Below are positions 16,767 through 25,776 of a DNA stretch of 29,875 nucleotides, one piece after another. This DNA is from a virus (Duplodnaviria > Caudoviricetes). Each line of letters begins with the position of its first letter. The first letter of the stretch is position 1. The stretch spans positions 1 to 29,875 of IMG/VR virus record IMGVR_UViG_3300020042_006114; one strand, given 5' to 3'. The translations under genes were made by a program, and so were the position numbers. Below the pieces are notes generated by a model that was given only the letters and a program-made list of their open reading frames with translations, was not told where the DNA came from and ran no database searches.

Positions 16767-17864
16767 TTATATTCTTTTTATACTACGGATTTTTAGGCTT
16801 TTACCCGAATCAGGATTTACCGCTTTTACCTGCATTCCATCCATCGGCTTTGTAACTTCAGGAGCTTTTCTTTCAGACATATTTATATTCTTAATGCCTT
16901 TCATTGTTCCCTCTGTTGCATCTGATTTGCCTTGCTCATAAAAGAACTTAGCAAACTTCTCAGGATTCATAGCAATTGCTAACGACTTATGATAACCTAC
17001 CGCATCTTTAATTAATCCTTGTTCATCCAAAAACTTGTTTATAAAGTTTGCAGGATTAGATTGGACCTTTTTAAGCTCAGTAGCGTCTCCCGGATTAAAA
17101 GTGATTTTTCTGTCATCAACATTGAACTCAAAACCTTTGAACTCTCCGCTAAAAACTTCGTCAGTTTTTTGATTAAACCAACCTCTCTTTCTTTCGTTCT
17201 CTTCTTCAATAGTCTTCGCTTGCTTAGTATATTGCTTATAGCTTTCGTAAACTTCTTTTTCCTCATCAGAAATAAGTGGAGCACTTGACTCAAGTGGCAC
17301 TTTGTATTTTTCTTTTTGAGTGTTAAAAAATTTTCTTGCCTCAGCAACAGCCTTTTTTGTTGTAATCTTAACTCTCTTAATATGTGATTCATCATCAATA
17401 TCTTCGTCATATCGATAGTCATCCATTAGAGCGTCAATGTCATCAGCATCAAGTCCTTCTTGAGTTACTGATAAATAATTTTTAAGTAAACTTTCAGGAT
17501 CCATAGAATCATAGTCTTTTTTAAGACTTAAGAAATCCTCGAAACCTCTACCTGTTTCCTTTTTGTATTTCATATAAGCAGCGACATCCTCAGGTAACGC
17601 TTCCGTTTCCTTTCGTTCTGCCATTAACTCATCAAATGAATTAATCTGCTTATTGTATCTTTTTTCAATATATGAAAGAACTTGTTGTTCATCTAATTCA
17701 GGTTGTACAATATCTTGTACATTATCCTGTTGTTGTATGTCATCCTGTATAATATCTTGTACAGGTTCTTCAAGCTGTTGTTCGTGCTTTTCAAGTAATT
17801 CTTGTTCTACTTGTGCAACTCCTTTTTCTTCTGTACCATCTAGTAATCTAACTTTTAATTCCAT
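16767..17864 (-). CDS. Putative capsid scaffolding protein
   Basis: 365 aa with an acidic Q/D/E-rich N-terminus and helical composition, located between portal and MCP. Confidence 0.65.
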   Translation of the reverse strand: MELKVRLLDGTEEKGVAQVEQELLEKHEQQLEEPVQDIIQDDIQQQDNVQDIVQPELDEQQVLSYIEKRYNKQINSFDELMAERKETEALPEDVAAYMKYKKETGRGFEDFLSLKKDYDSMDPESLLKNYLSVTQEGLDADDIDALMDDYRYDEDIDDESHIKRVKITTKKAVAEARKFFNTQKEKYKVPLESSAPLISDEEKEVYESYKQYTKQAKTIEEENERKRGWFNQKTDEVFSGEFKGFEFNVDDRKITFNPGDATELKKVQSNPANFINKFLDEQGLIKDAVGYHKSLAIAMNPEKFAKFFYEQGKSDATEGTMKGIKNINMSERKAPEVTKPMDGMQVKAVNPDSGKSLKIRSIKRI

Positions 17865-17886
17865 TTTGATTTGATTTAATTTTTTA

Positions 17887-17894
17887 CAAATATA
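17887..17894 (-). promoter_or_regulatory. Bacteroidota-type -7 promoter box TATATTTG
   Basis: TAnnTTTG match in the portal-scaffold intergenic gap, followed by the leader ttaaatcaaatcaaaATG. Confidence 0.6.
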
Positions 17895-17912
17895 AACATT
17901 TTTGTTTATTTT

Positions 17913-20348
17913 TTATCTAGGCTCAAATTCTCCTAAATCAAAACCATCTAAGCTATCCTCATTACTTTCAAAACTCAAAGGAGGAAGGTTGTTTTTACGT
18001 TGGTCTATAAGTTTAGACTGCTCTGTATTTTGTTGGCTAATACGTTTAGATTTAGCATCTTCACGTTCTTTCTCTCTTTGACTTAAAGTTTGTATTTCTA
18101 CTCCTTTTATCTGTTGATTGTATTGGAACTCTTCAGCCATTAAGTGTGATTTCAATTCGGCCTCAACCTGCATTGTCTTAATGTTATACTCGGTCTCCAT
18201 TTGCTTCAATCTCATCTTCATCTCTAATTCAGCCTGCATTTTTTGCATTGCCGTTTGAGCCGCCATTTGTTGAGACTGTAAGTTTTGTTGTGCAACCATG
18301 GCTTGTTTCTGCATCTCCATTTGATCTTCACGCTCTTGTTTCTTAACTCGCTTCACTTTCAATAATTGATTTGCAAGTTTAAGATTTTTAAGTTCACGAA
18401 TGTCAATAGCATCTTCAAGATTAATATCTCCTTTAGATAGAGCCATTTGGATATTTGCTTCAAGTTGTGCTTTTTGTTCTTCATCAGGAGCCACTTCTAT
18501 AAATATACCGAAGTCATAGATATAAAGGTCTGATATTTCACTTAGGATAGAAACATTGTATCTTCCTATTTTATTTATAAACTCATCTTTGAAATCAGAA
18601 TACTCTAAGATGTCTGCAATCCTATATGTCAATGCTTCTGCTAATGAACGATATATAAATAAACCACCATCAAGAATATGTCTTGTAGCAGTGTTTGAAT
18701 TTAAAGCAGCTAATTTTTGTAAACCTACTAAAGAATTAGGATCAGGAGTGGAACCATCTCTCGCTTCATTCAATCCTGTTACCGTTCTAATCATATCCAT
18801 ATAATGATTATAGTTCCCTATAAGCATTTGAGTCTTACTCAATCCTGAGTTCGATGTCAATTGGGTAATTGGAACTCTTGCATTATTAAACTCTCCATCT
18901 TGAGTATAACTTCTACCAATAACACTACCTGTTTGGAAGTATAGTCTCAAAGCATCCTCAGGATTATAAGCAGCACCTGTACCTAAATCAACCTCATTTA
19001 ATCCATCAGCATCAATGAATACACCATCAGGGACAACTCTATTGATTACCTGTTGAAGTTTTAAGTGAGTAATTTGAATAAGGTCAGCAAATGGTATCAT
19101 TCTTCTTACTGTAGACTCAATAGCACCCTTATACATACGAGGAGCTGATGCTACATAGTTCGGCAAAGCGTGTTGAGTAGCTGATTTAGGTCTTACCATA
19201 TTCTCAGACAGTTTCCACTGCAACAAGATATTGGTTCCCATAACCATAATACCCTCATACCAAACGTCAATAGTTTTTTCTACCTTCTCAAAGTTTCCTT
19301 CTTCCATCATCTCTGTTGGAGGATTAAAACTATCATCTTTCTCTATAAACCTAGACCCGCCATTGTCAAGAATTTTCTTTTTATAAACTACTTTCTTTGT
19401 AGTCTTATAATTGAAATACATTAACGTACACGTGTCTCTTGAAAATACACTGTTCTCATAAAATTGAGCAACATTGTAATAATCATACCAACCTTGACTA
19501 TACTGAGTTATCTCTTGCAACTGCTCTTTAGTCAAACTTTGGTCTATCTTCATCAACTCTGTTATCGGTAAAGTTTTAATCTCTCCCCAATAAAAACAAT
19601 CTCTGAAATAAGGGTCTTCAGTATAACTATAAACCACATTCGCAGGATCAACGTAAGATATTTTAATTCCTGCTCCTTGAAGAAATTCGTGTTTAGCAAT
19701 AGAAACACCAAGAACTGTGGCATCGTAATCAAGTCTTTTACGAATCTCATCATAATGGTTTTCATCAAACATTGTATTGATAGCCTCTTCTTCGGCAATC
19801 TCAATAGCAGGCTTGTAGTTTAATTGCATATACAATGATAATTCCTCATCATTGTTAGGTAACTTTTCAGGGTCCATTATAAATGGATTTGCACCCGATA
19901 GCTCTTGTATTTTACTTAAAGCTTCTTTACCAACCATTTGAGATTCTACCAATTCTTGATGCTTGTTTCTTTTTGCTTGAGACATTGCATCTTGAGAATA
20001 TGCTTTAACTTTGAAAAGTCTATTTGACATTCCATTTACAATAATATCAACAAACTTTGGTATTATAGGAACAGGTGTCCAATCTAAATTTAGATACGAT
20101 AAGTCTCCATCAATAGCTAATTCATTTTTATATTTACCAACTGATTGTTCGCCTCTTGCGTAAAGTCTTAATCTATGGAACTCTCTCCATTGACCATAAT
20201 ATCTACAATTGTTCCCATCTTTTCTAAACCACTCATATTGAATAGCTTGACCTACTTGTAACCCAAATTGTTGAGAAGCTTTAACCGCATCAGTAGCTAA
20301 CTGACTCGGAAAGGCTGACGATGTTATATCTATTACTACGTTTTTCAT
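17913..20348 (-). CDS. Portal protein
   Basis: 811 aa, ATGA overlap with TerL. WTPVPIIPKFVDIIVNG, IRTVTGLNEARDG and a long Q/M-rich C-terminal coiled coil (P22-like barrel). Confidence 0.85.
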   Translation of the reverse strand: MKNVVIDITSSAFPSQLATDAVKASQQFGLQVGQAIQYEWFRKDGNNCRYYGQWREFHRLRLYARGEQSVGKYKNELAIDGDLSYLNLDWTPVPIIPKFVDIIVNGMSNRLFKVKAYSQDAMSQAKRNKHQELVESQMVGKEALSKIQELSGANPFIMDPEKLPNNDEELSLYMQLNYKPAIEIAEEEAINTMFDENHYDEIRKRLDYDATVLGVSIAKHEFLQGAGIKISYVDPANVVYSYTEDPYFRDCFYWGEIKTLPITELMKIDQSLTKEQLQEITQYSQGWYDYYNVAQFYENSVFSRDTCTLMYFNYKTTKKVVYKKKILDNGGSRFIEKDDSFNPPTEMMEEGNFEKVEKTIDVWYEGIMVMGTNILLQWKLSENMVRPKSATQHALPNYVASAPRMYKGAIESTVRRMIPFADLIQITHLKLQQVINRVVPDGVFIDADGLNEVDLGTGAAYNPEDALRLYFQTGSVIGRSYTQDGEFNNARVPITQLTSNSGLSKTQMLIGNYNHYMDMIRTVTGLNEARDGSTPDPNSLVGLQKLAALNSNTATRHILDGGLFIYRSLAEALTYRIADILEYSDFKDEFINKIGRYNVSILSEISDLYIYDFGIFIEVAPDEEQKAQLEANIQMALSKGDINLEDAIDIRELKNLKLANQLLKVKRVKKQEREDQMEMQKQAMVAQQNLQSQQMAAQTAMQKMQAELEMKMRLKQMETEYNIKTMQVEAELKSHLMAEEFQYNQQIKGVEIQTLSQREKEREDAKSKRISQQNTEQSKLIDQRKNNLPPLSFESNEDSLDGFDLGEFEPR

Positions 20349-22591
20349 GTAATTATTTGACTTGTTGTTCCTTCATTCGAATACCTTGCGAAGTTAACAA
20401 TAATTTTTGAATCTTTTTTCTCGGGCAAATATAAATGCTTTTGATTAGCCATAATAGCCAATCCTGAACTAATAGAAGCATCAAATTTTGTCCTGTCGTT
20501 TATGTCAAACTTTGCCCAATCCTCTAATGTTCTCATAAATGGCATAGTTCCCATTTCATCAGATTCTCTATAAGCACCCGCCAAATCAAATCCAACATAT
20601 CTCTCTATGTAAGACTCGATTGCAGAAGCATGAGACTGCTTTACATCTTCAGATGAGTTCGGAATACCACCAAGTTCCCTCTCTGTCTTTGTTAGTTTAT
20701 TGTATTGTTTATCAGGTCTATTCAAACAATAATTCCTATATCCTCTATTTTTAAAATGATACAATAACCTAGGTTTATTGTTCTCTATAAGAATTGGCAT
20801 ACCGTAAAACACACAAGCCATTAATACCTCCTCAAAGAATATCTCTGCTGTTTGAGGTCTTGCTATGTACTCAAGAAAAAACTCGTTTACAGGAGCTTCA
20901 TCCATGTGAAATTTAGTAAGGCCATGCAAAGAACCGTTCGACCCTCTACCTCCAACTACTGCAGATATATCATAAGAGTCACAACCAAAAGACCCTAAGT
21001 GTTCATTACCGGGATACTTAGATCCATTTCGTACATGAACATTATTTTGAAGGTGCTTTGCAGGTGTCCAACTTACCAAGAACCTACCCCTTGAATCAGG
21101 AGTAAATATAACTTTAGTATCTTTATCTCCATCTTTCCAATGAAAAGAACCTCTAGTTAAGAAGTGCTCTTTGACTAAACTGTCGTTATAATCAATCTGC
21201 TGATATATCTTTGTAAGGTTAAATAGAGACTGTTTGCTTTCATCTCTAAAAGCATGTGATGTTGTTCTAGGGAACTGACGATAAAACTCATTTAAAGCAT
21301 CAGAATCACTTTTTAAAGAATCAACCTCTGCTTCCCAATATTCAACAGCTCCATTCTTTATCATCATACCATCAACTCCCTTAACAGGAGTCTCAGGTTT
21401 ATAAAATACAGGCATACCATAGATGTCTATAAACCCTTCCATGTTCCACTCCATAGGGATAAATAATCCATATAGCCCACTCTTAGTTTGACCATTAGCA
21501 TTACGATTACCTACCATTGAATCTTCATATAGGTCTTTGTAGTTTTGACCTCCTTTTGATAATGCATTTGAGGTCGAACCCATCATACACTTTCCAATAA
21601 TCTTACTACCTAATCTAAGACAAGTTTTGGTAACTCGCCAATTGTTTTGAATATTATTTGGTTTAACCCATTTTGCACTTTCATCATGAGCTAAAAATAT
21701 AAGCTTTTCTCCATCATAGGAGTTCTCTTCTGTATTCTTCCAATCTATTGATGTGTCCAAACCATCTATGGCATCATTATCTATGTCATACATGTTTTTC
21801 TTTGTAATCTTAGATGCAGGTACACGGAAAGCCAACTCTGTCTTTGGCTTGTCCATACCATCCATAATTGGTTTAAAGAAGAACGGAAGTCTATTGTTTA
21901 TAGGAACTACTTTGTCAGTAAACATCTTTTTAGCATCGGCTCCTGTTTTTGATAAGATACCTATCCTTGCATCACGAGCAAGTGTTCCTATGTTTACACA
22001 TTCAGATGATGACATAAATGAGAATCCTGAACGTCTAATCTTTAAGTATATCATTCCAAAACTTCTCTCATCTGCCTTACACGCTTCCCAAAAAATCCAA
22101 TATATCCTATTGGCCTCACGAAAGTCAGGGTATCCAACATCTATACTAGACCATTGTAAATACATATAATGAGAACCTGTAATATAAGTTGGAGTCCCAT
22201 TATTCATAAACCAAAAGCCTTGATCTCTAAAATCAAATTCATTTTCAATGTAATCAACCCATCTGTTTTTAAATTCAGCTGCCATTTCATTCCATTGAAA
22301 TATTGATTGTATTCTTGAAAGTTCTTTAGGGATCGGTTGTCTTTCCCAATACTGTTCAGCTTTTGAAGTACTTCTTTTAAAACAATCTTTTGGTGTTTTA
22401 GGAAGAGCGATATTAAGTCCTGATATATTAATTATATCTCCTATCTCTCCTGTCTTTGATATTACTACAATATCATATTGTTCGTTGTATCCATATATCC
22501 AAGACTTATTACTGTTTTTTTTAGTAATAGCATTAGAAGGTATATGGTCCCTTACTATGGTGTAGATATTATTTTGACCTTCTTTCTGCAA
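20345..22591 (-). CDS. terL: Terminase large subunit
   Basis: 748 aa. Walker A-like LKIRRSGFS, Walker B FLAHDESAKW, coupling motif MMGSTSN, and RNase H-like nuclease GCDSYD...IENNK...KFDASISSG. Confidence 0.9.
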   Translation of the reverse strand: MQKEGQNNIYTIVRDHIPSNAITKKNSNKSWIYGYNEQYDIVVISKTGEIGDIINISGLNIALPKTPKDCFKRSTSKAEQYWERQPIPKELSRIQSIFQWNEMAAEFKNRWVDYIENEFDFRDQGFWFMNNGTPTYITGSHYMYLQWSSIDVGYPDFREANRIYWIFWEACKADERSFGMIYLKIRRSGFSFMSSSECVNIGTLARDARIGILSKTGADAKKMFTDKVVPINNRLPFFFKPIMDGMDKPKTELAFRVPASKITKKNMYDIDNDAIDGLDTSIDWKNTEENSYDGEKLIFLAHDESAKWVKPNNIQNNWRVTKTCLRLGSKIIGKCMMGSTSNALSKGGQNYKDLYEDSMVGNRNANGQTKSGLYGLFIPMEWNMEGFIDIYGMPVFYKPETPVKGVDGMMIKNGAVEYWEAEVDSLKSDSDALNEFYRQFPRTTSHAFRDESKQSLFNLTKIYQQIDYNDSLVKEHFLTRGSFHWKDGDKDTKVIFTPDSRGRFLVSWTPAKHLQNNVHVRNGSKYPGNEHLGSFGCDSYDISAVVGGRGSNGSLHGLTKFHMDEAPVNEFFLEYIARPQTAEIFFEEVLMACVFYGMPILIENNKPRLLYHFKNRGYRNYCLNRPDKQYNKLTKTERELGGIPNSSEDVKQSHASAIESYIERYVGFDLAGAYRESDEMGTMPFMRTLEDWAKFDINDRTKFDASISSGLAIMANQKHLYLPEKKDSKIIVNFARYSNEGTTSQIIT

Positions 22592-22853
22592 ATCCTTGTT
22601 TTGAATCAGTTTTATTAATACCTTTTTCAGATAATTCTATGCTTTCTTTCTCAGATTCTATTCTATTTAAAATCTCGAATGCATCAAATATAGCTAATTT
22701 TTTTGTAGCAGCTGCATTTTTTAATTTATCAGCAGCTAATTCCCCTCCAATATCATCAATATTTAAGATAGGTTCTTCAGCTACTTTGATTAACTCAAGT
22801 ACTGCTTTATGACCTGCAGAAATAATCTTTAGTTTTGTTTCTTTAGGTGTCAT
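22569..22853 (-). CDS. Putative terminase small subunit
   Basis: 94 aa helical protein overlapping the TerL start by 23 bp. Assignment by position only. Confidence 0.45.
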   Translation of the reverse strand: MTPKETKLKIISAGHKAVLELIKVAEEPILNIDDIGGELAADKLKNAAATKKLAIFDAFEILNRIESEKESIELSEKGINKTDSKQGFAERRSK

Positions 22854-22857
22854 ACTA

Positions 22858-23424
22858 TTATCTATAAAACATTACATATACCATACGCCCTTCTTTCCAA
22901 CCGGTATTTGGGTATTTACTATGAAAGTAATTTGAAGGGTACATAAGAGCACGATTTGGTCTATACCCTACTACAGAATGTAAATCCCAATTATCTAAGT
23001 TGTTTGCTTCATCTAAAAGAAATCTATCCGCTTCTTCATTAGGGACATCTAAAGGCATTTCATATCCTACATCTTTATGTTTCCAAAAAGCTGTTCCGTG
23101 CAATCCTTCTTTTGTAGATGGAGAGATATATAACACAAGTGCTCTTTCGGGTCTAATGTCTCCTACTTTTGAATCTGCGTGTATTCTCCAATCGGTATCA
23201 AACTCTTCAGTTGCTACTCTAAAAAACCCTAACAAACATTCTCGTTTAGTTTTGTCTATGTTGCTTAATTTATCAACAATAAAATTATCAAAATCTTTAT
23301 TGCTATATTGAACCCAAAACTTTTTATCTCCTACTTCAACTTCTTGAAATTGATTACTTAATAAACTATTATAAATATAGTTATAAATATCTTCTTCTAA
23401 AAAATCATCTATAATATTTATCAT
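22858..23424 (-). CDS. 2OG-Fe(II) oxygenase superfamily protein (DUF6445-like)
   Basis: HxD (RIHADS), ALVLYIS, GTAFW, NRALMYPSNYFH and terminal GRMVYVMF give the HxD...H...R signature. Confidence 0.8.
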   Translation of the reverse strand: MINIIDDFLEEDIYNYIYNSLLSNQFQEVEVGDKKFWVQYSNKDFDNFIVDKLSNIDKTKRECLLGFFRVATEEFDTDWRIHADSKVGDIRPERALVLYISPSTKEGLHGTAFWKHKDVGYEMPLDVPNEEADRFLLDEANNLDNWDLHSVVGYRPNRALMYPSNYFHSKYPNTGWKEGRMVYVMFYR

Positions 23425-23984
23425 AACTTCATTGTTATTTGATGGTCATACATTCTATATAGCTTCTCTCCATCAATGTTAAATTCATATTCACTATCAG
23501 GTACGAAACAAACCATATCCCCGGATCTTACTCCTTTTGTTGATAGGTACTGATTTGGATACTTCATAATCCCCATTAATGGTTCTTCTGAAAAAGGCTT
23601 AGATATATATGAATCTACTGTGGGGATTGGTTTAACAAAGCAATACCTATCGTATGCATACCATGTATCTCCTTTTTTATACATGAAAAATTGGTCCATT
23701 TCAATAAAGAATAAATCTTCTTTAAAGAAACTTTTGCCACTTTTTTGTCGGCCTTTAATATCATTATAAAATTTGAATACATTATGATGTACAAGAAGTA
23801 TATCTCCTATTGATATGTTACCGGTATATCCTAATGGTATTTCAACAACCTCAGCATATCTATTAGAGAACTTATGATCTTCTTCTGATGTACTGACTAT
23901 AAACTCAATACCACCGATGTCTTTTGTGTTGTCATAGCGTTTACCATTTACAGGCTTTGCTATAAAGTAAAATGGAGATTTCAT
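23421..23984 (-). CDS. GroES/Cpn10-like co-chaperonin with two tandem domains
   Basis: Domain 1: FIAKP..TKDIGGI..AEVVEIP..ISIGDILLV. Domain 2: DRYCFVKP..EEPLMG..VRSGDMVCF...EFNIDGEKLYRMYDHQI. Compare GroES VKVGDxVxF...EVKIDGEEYLILRESDI. Confidence 0.7.
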   Translation of the reverse strand: MKSPFYFIAKPVNGKRYDNTKDIGGIEFIVSTSEEDHKFSNRYAEVVEIPLGYTGNISIGDILLVHHNVFKFYNDIKGRQKSGKSFFKEDLFFIEMDQFFMYKKGDTWYAYDRYCFVKPIPTVDSYISKPFSEEPLMGIMKYPNQYLSTKGVRSGDMVCFVPDSEYEFNIDGEKLYRMYDHQITMKL

Positions 23985-24208
23985 TAAAAATTTATATTAT
24001 ATTCGATTGAAATAGGTACTGTAGGACTAAACTCCTTCCACAAAACTACCTCTTCTTTTTCATTTATAATATATATTAATACATTTTTTTTGTCATTTAT
24101 CTTAATTAGATGGATTTCATTACTATCTCCAAGCACTTTTTGACCCACAATGTAATGCATTGCACCGCTTTTATAATCAGGTCCTATTGATATTTTTCTT
24201 ATATCCAT
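23984..24208 (-). CDS. Hypothetical phage protein
   Basis: 74 aa with TAATG stop/start coupling to both neighbours. Confidence 0.7.
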   Translation of the reverse strand: MDIRKISIGPDYKSGAMHYIVGQKVLGDSNEIHLIKINDKKNVLIYIINEKEEVVLWKEFSPTVPISIEYNINF

Positions 24209-25473
24209 TATATATTATATGAAGCTATTTGTCCACCTGTTGTAGCAACAGTGCTTGCATTTTGTAATCTATCTCCAATACTATTAGGATCAAATCCACT
24301 TGCAATTGCATAGTTCCAAAACTGTGCAGGTGTCATTAGTAAAGTTCCTACTGTTGCATCTGTTCCAACACCCTGTAATACACTAGAAGGTGATGGTACA
24401 ATCAATGTTCCTGTTAATTCACTTGATGGGCCATAAGTAGTCCCAAGCCTTACATTATTTATTGCAGGATTATTTAAAGCTACACCTGCAGCATAAAGTA
24501 TTCTGCTTCCACCCGTACTTATTTGAAATAGCCAACTTGCTGTGTTTACATCAATAGTAACCCTAGGAGCAACTACTGCCATTACATTAGAAGTATTAAT
24601 TACGTTACCACTAACTTTTACAAATGTTCCTGATGCGTATGCAGTTGTCAAAGCAAAAGAAGAATAAATTGCAGGAGCGCCTGTGCCTGCATTGACTGTT
24701 CCTGTTACTGATATTGTTGAAAAAGCAGTTACATTAAAAATTGCAGGTTGAACTGTTGAAGCATTTACGTTACCTATTTGAGTATAATTAACTGCTCCCG
24801 CCAAATAAACAGCGGATGTTGCGCTAGCAGTTGTATTTCCTGTAATAGTTATAGTTCCTGCACTTATGGCAATAGGAGAAGAGTTTAAAGCGGTATTAGT
24901 TGATGCTGTAACATTTCCTGTAATAGTTATAGTTCCTGCTGAAGACATTAATAGCGTGTTTCCGTTTGTTGCACTACCTGTCATTGTTGATGAAATGTCC
25001 CCGACAATATTTAAAACCCCTGTTGAAGTTACTGATATTAACGTCCTTCCCGCAGTATTATCAATGCTATAATTCCCATTTAAATTTAGTATCCCTGTAC
25101 CTGAATGTCTAATGGCAATATAAGCGCCTGTAATGTTTGTCATTGTTAAGACATTGCCATTAAAAGTAGCAGTATTACCACTTGCTAAAGTCATTTCTAA
25201 AGTTGGTACAGATACAACTCCTACATAAATAGCTTGTGAAGCAGTACAAGTTAAATTACCACCATTTGCATATCTAAACTGACCTCCGGCTGCAATAACA
25301 GGGGCTGATGCGTTTGATGTATTTCTAATTGACAATACAGTAAATGGTCCATCTATAGTTACAATAAAGTTATTTGAAAATACATCATCTGAAGCTGTTG
25401 GTACTGTTGTACCACCATCCCAAGTTGATGCACTACTCCAATTTCCATTTGCTACTGCATATCTAAAAGCCAT
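24208..25473 (-). CDS. Beta-helix/adhesin-like tail-associated protein
   Basis: 421 aa, Thr/Ala/Gly/Asn-rich. N-terminal GNWSSASTWDGG..P...DDV and repeated GTITITGN / GVLNIVGD / GILNLNGN turns. Confidence 0.6.
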   Translation of the reverse strand: MAFRYAVANGNWSSASTWDGGTTVPTASDDVFSNNFIVTIDGPFTVLSIRNTSNASAPVIAAGGQFRYANGGNLTCTASQAIYVGVVSVPTLEMTLASGNTATFNGNVLTMTNITGAYIAIRHSGTGILNLNGNYSIDNTAGRTLISVTSTGVLNIVGDISSTMTGSATNGNTLLMSSAGTITITGNVTASTNTALNSSPIAISAGTITITGNTTASATSAVYLAGAVNYTQIGNVNASTVQPAIFNVTAFSTISVTGTVNAGTGAPAIYSSFALTTAYASGTFVKVSGNVINTSNVMAVVAPRVTIDVNTASWLFQISTGGSRILYAAGVALNNPAINNVRLGTTYGPSSELTGTLIVPSPSSVLQGVGTDATVGTLLMTPAQFWNYAIASGFDPNSIGDRLQNASTVATTGGQIASYNI

Positions 25474-25475
25474 AA

Positions 25476-25766
25476 TTAAAGATTTTTTTCATTAATAAAT
25501 GTTTGCAATGCACCCATTATTGTTGCTGCTGCATTTATAGCGTCTGCATCTCCACTATCAAAGACATCCATATATGTTATAGGAATTGAATTGTCAGGCA
25601 AACTTACTGAACTTCCATCCTCTAAAACTCTATAAGGAGTTAATCTCATAGCTACGCTACCACCTATATCAGTTGGTTTAACTAATGGAGATATTGCTAA
25701 ATTTACCATAAAATACGGATAAACATTTCCATCTACTTCAATCGGGTTTGTGCTTGTAATTGGCAT
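25476..25766 (-). CDS. Hypothetical protein (possible fibre assembly/accessory factor)
   Basis: 96 aa, tightly packed between two fibre-like genes. Confidence 0.6.
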   Translation of the reverse strand: MPITSTNPIEVDGNVYPYFMVNLAISPLVKPTDIGGSVAMRLTPYRVLEDGSSVSLPDNSIPITYMDVFDSGDADAINAAATIMGALQTFINEKNL

Positions 25767-25776
25767 AATTTATATT

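Noticed and set aside
20389-20396. TAACTTCG near the TerL 3' end as a portal promoter
   Set aside because: One mismatch to TAnnTTTG and inside coding sequence, so too weak to call.
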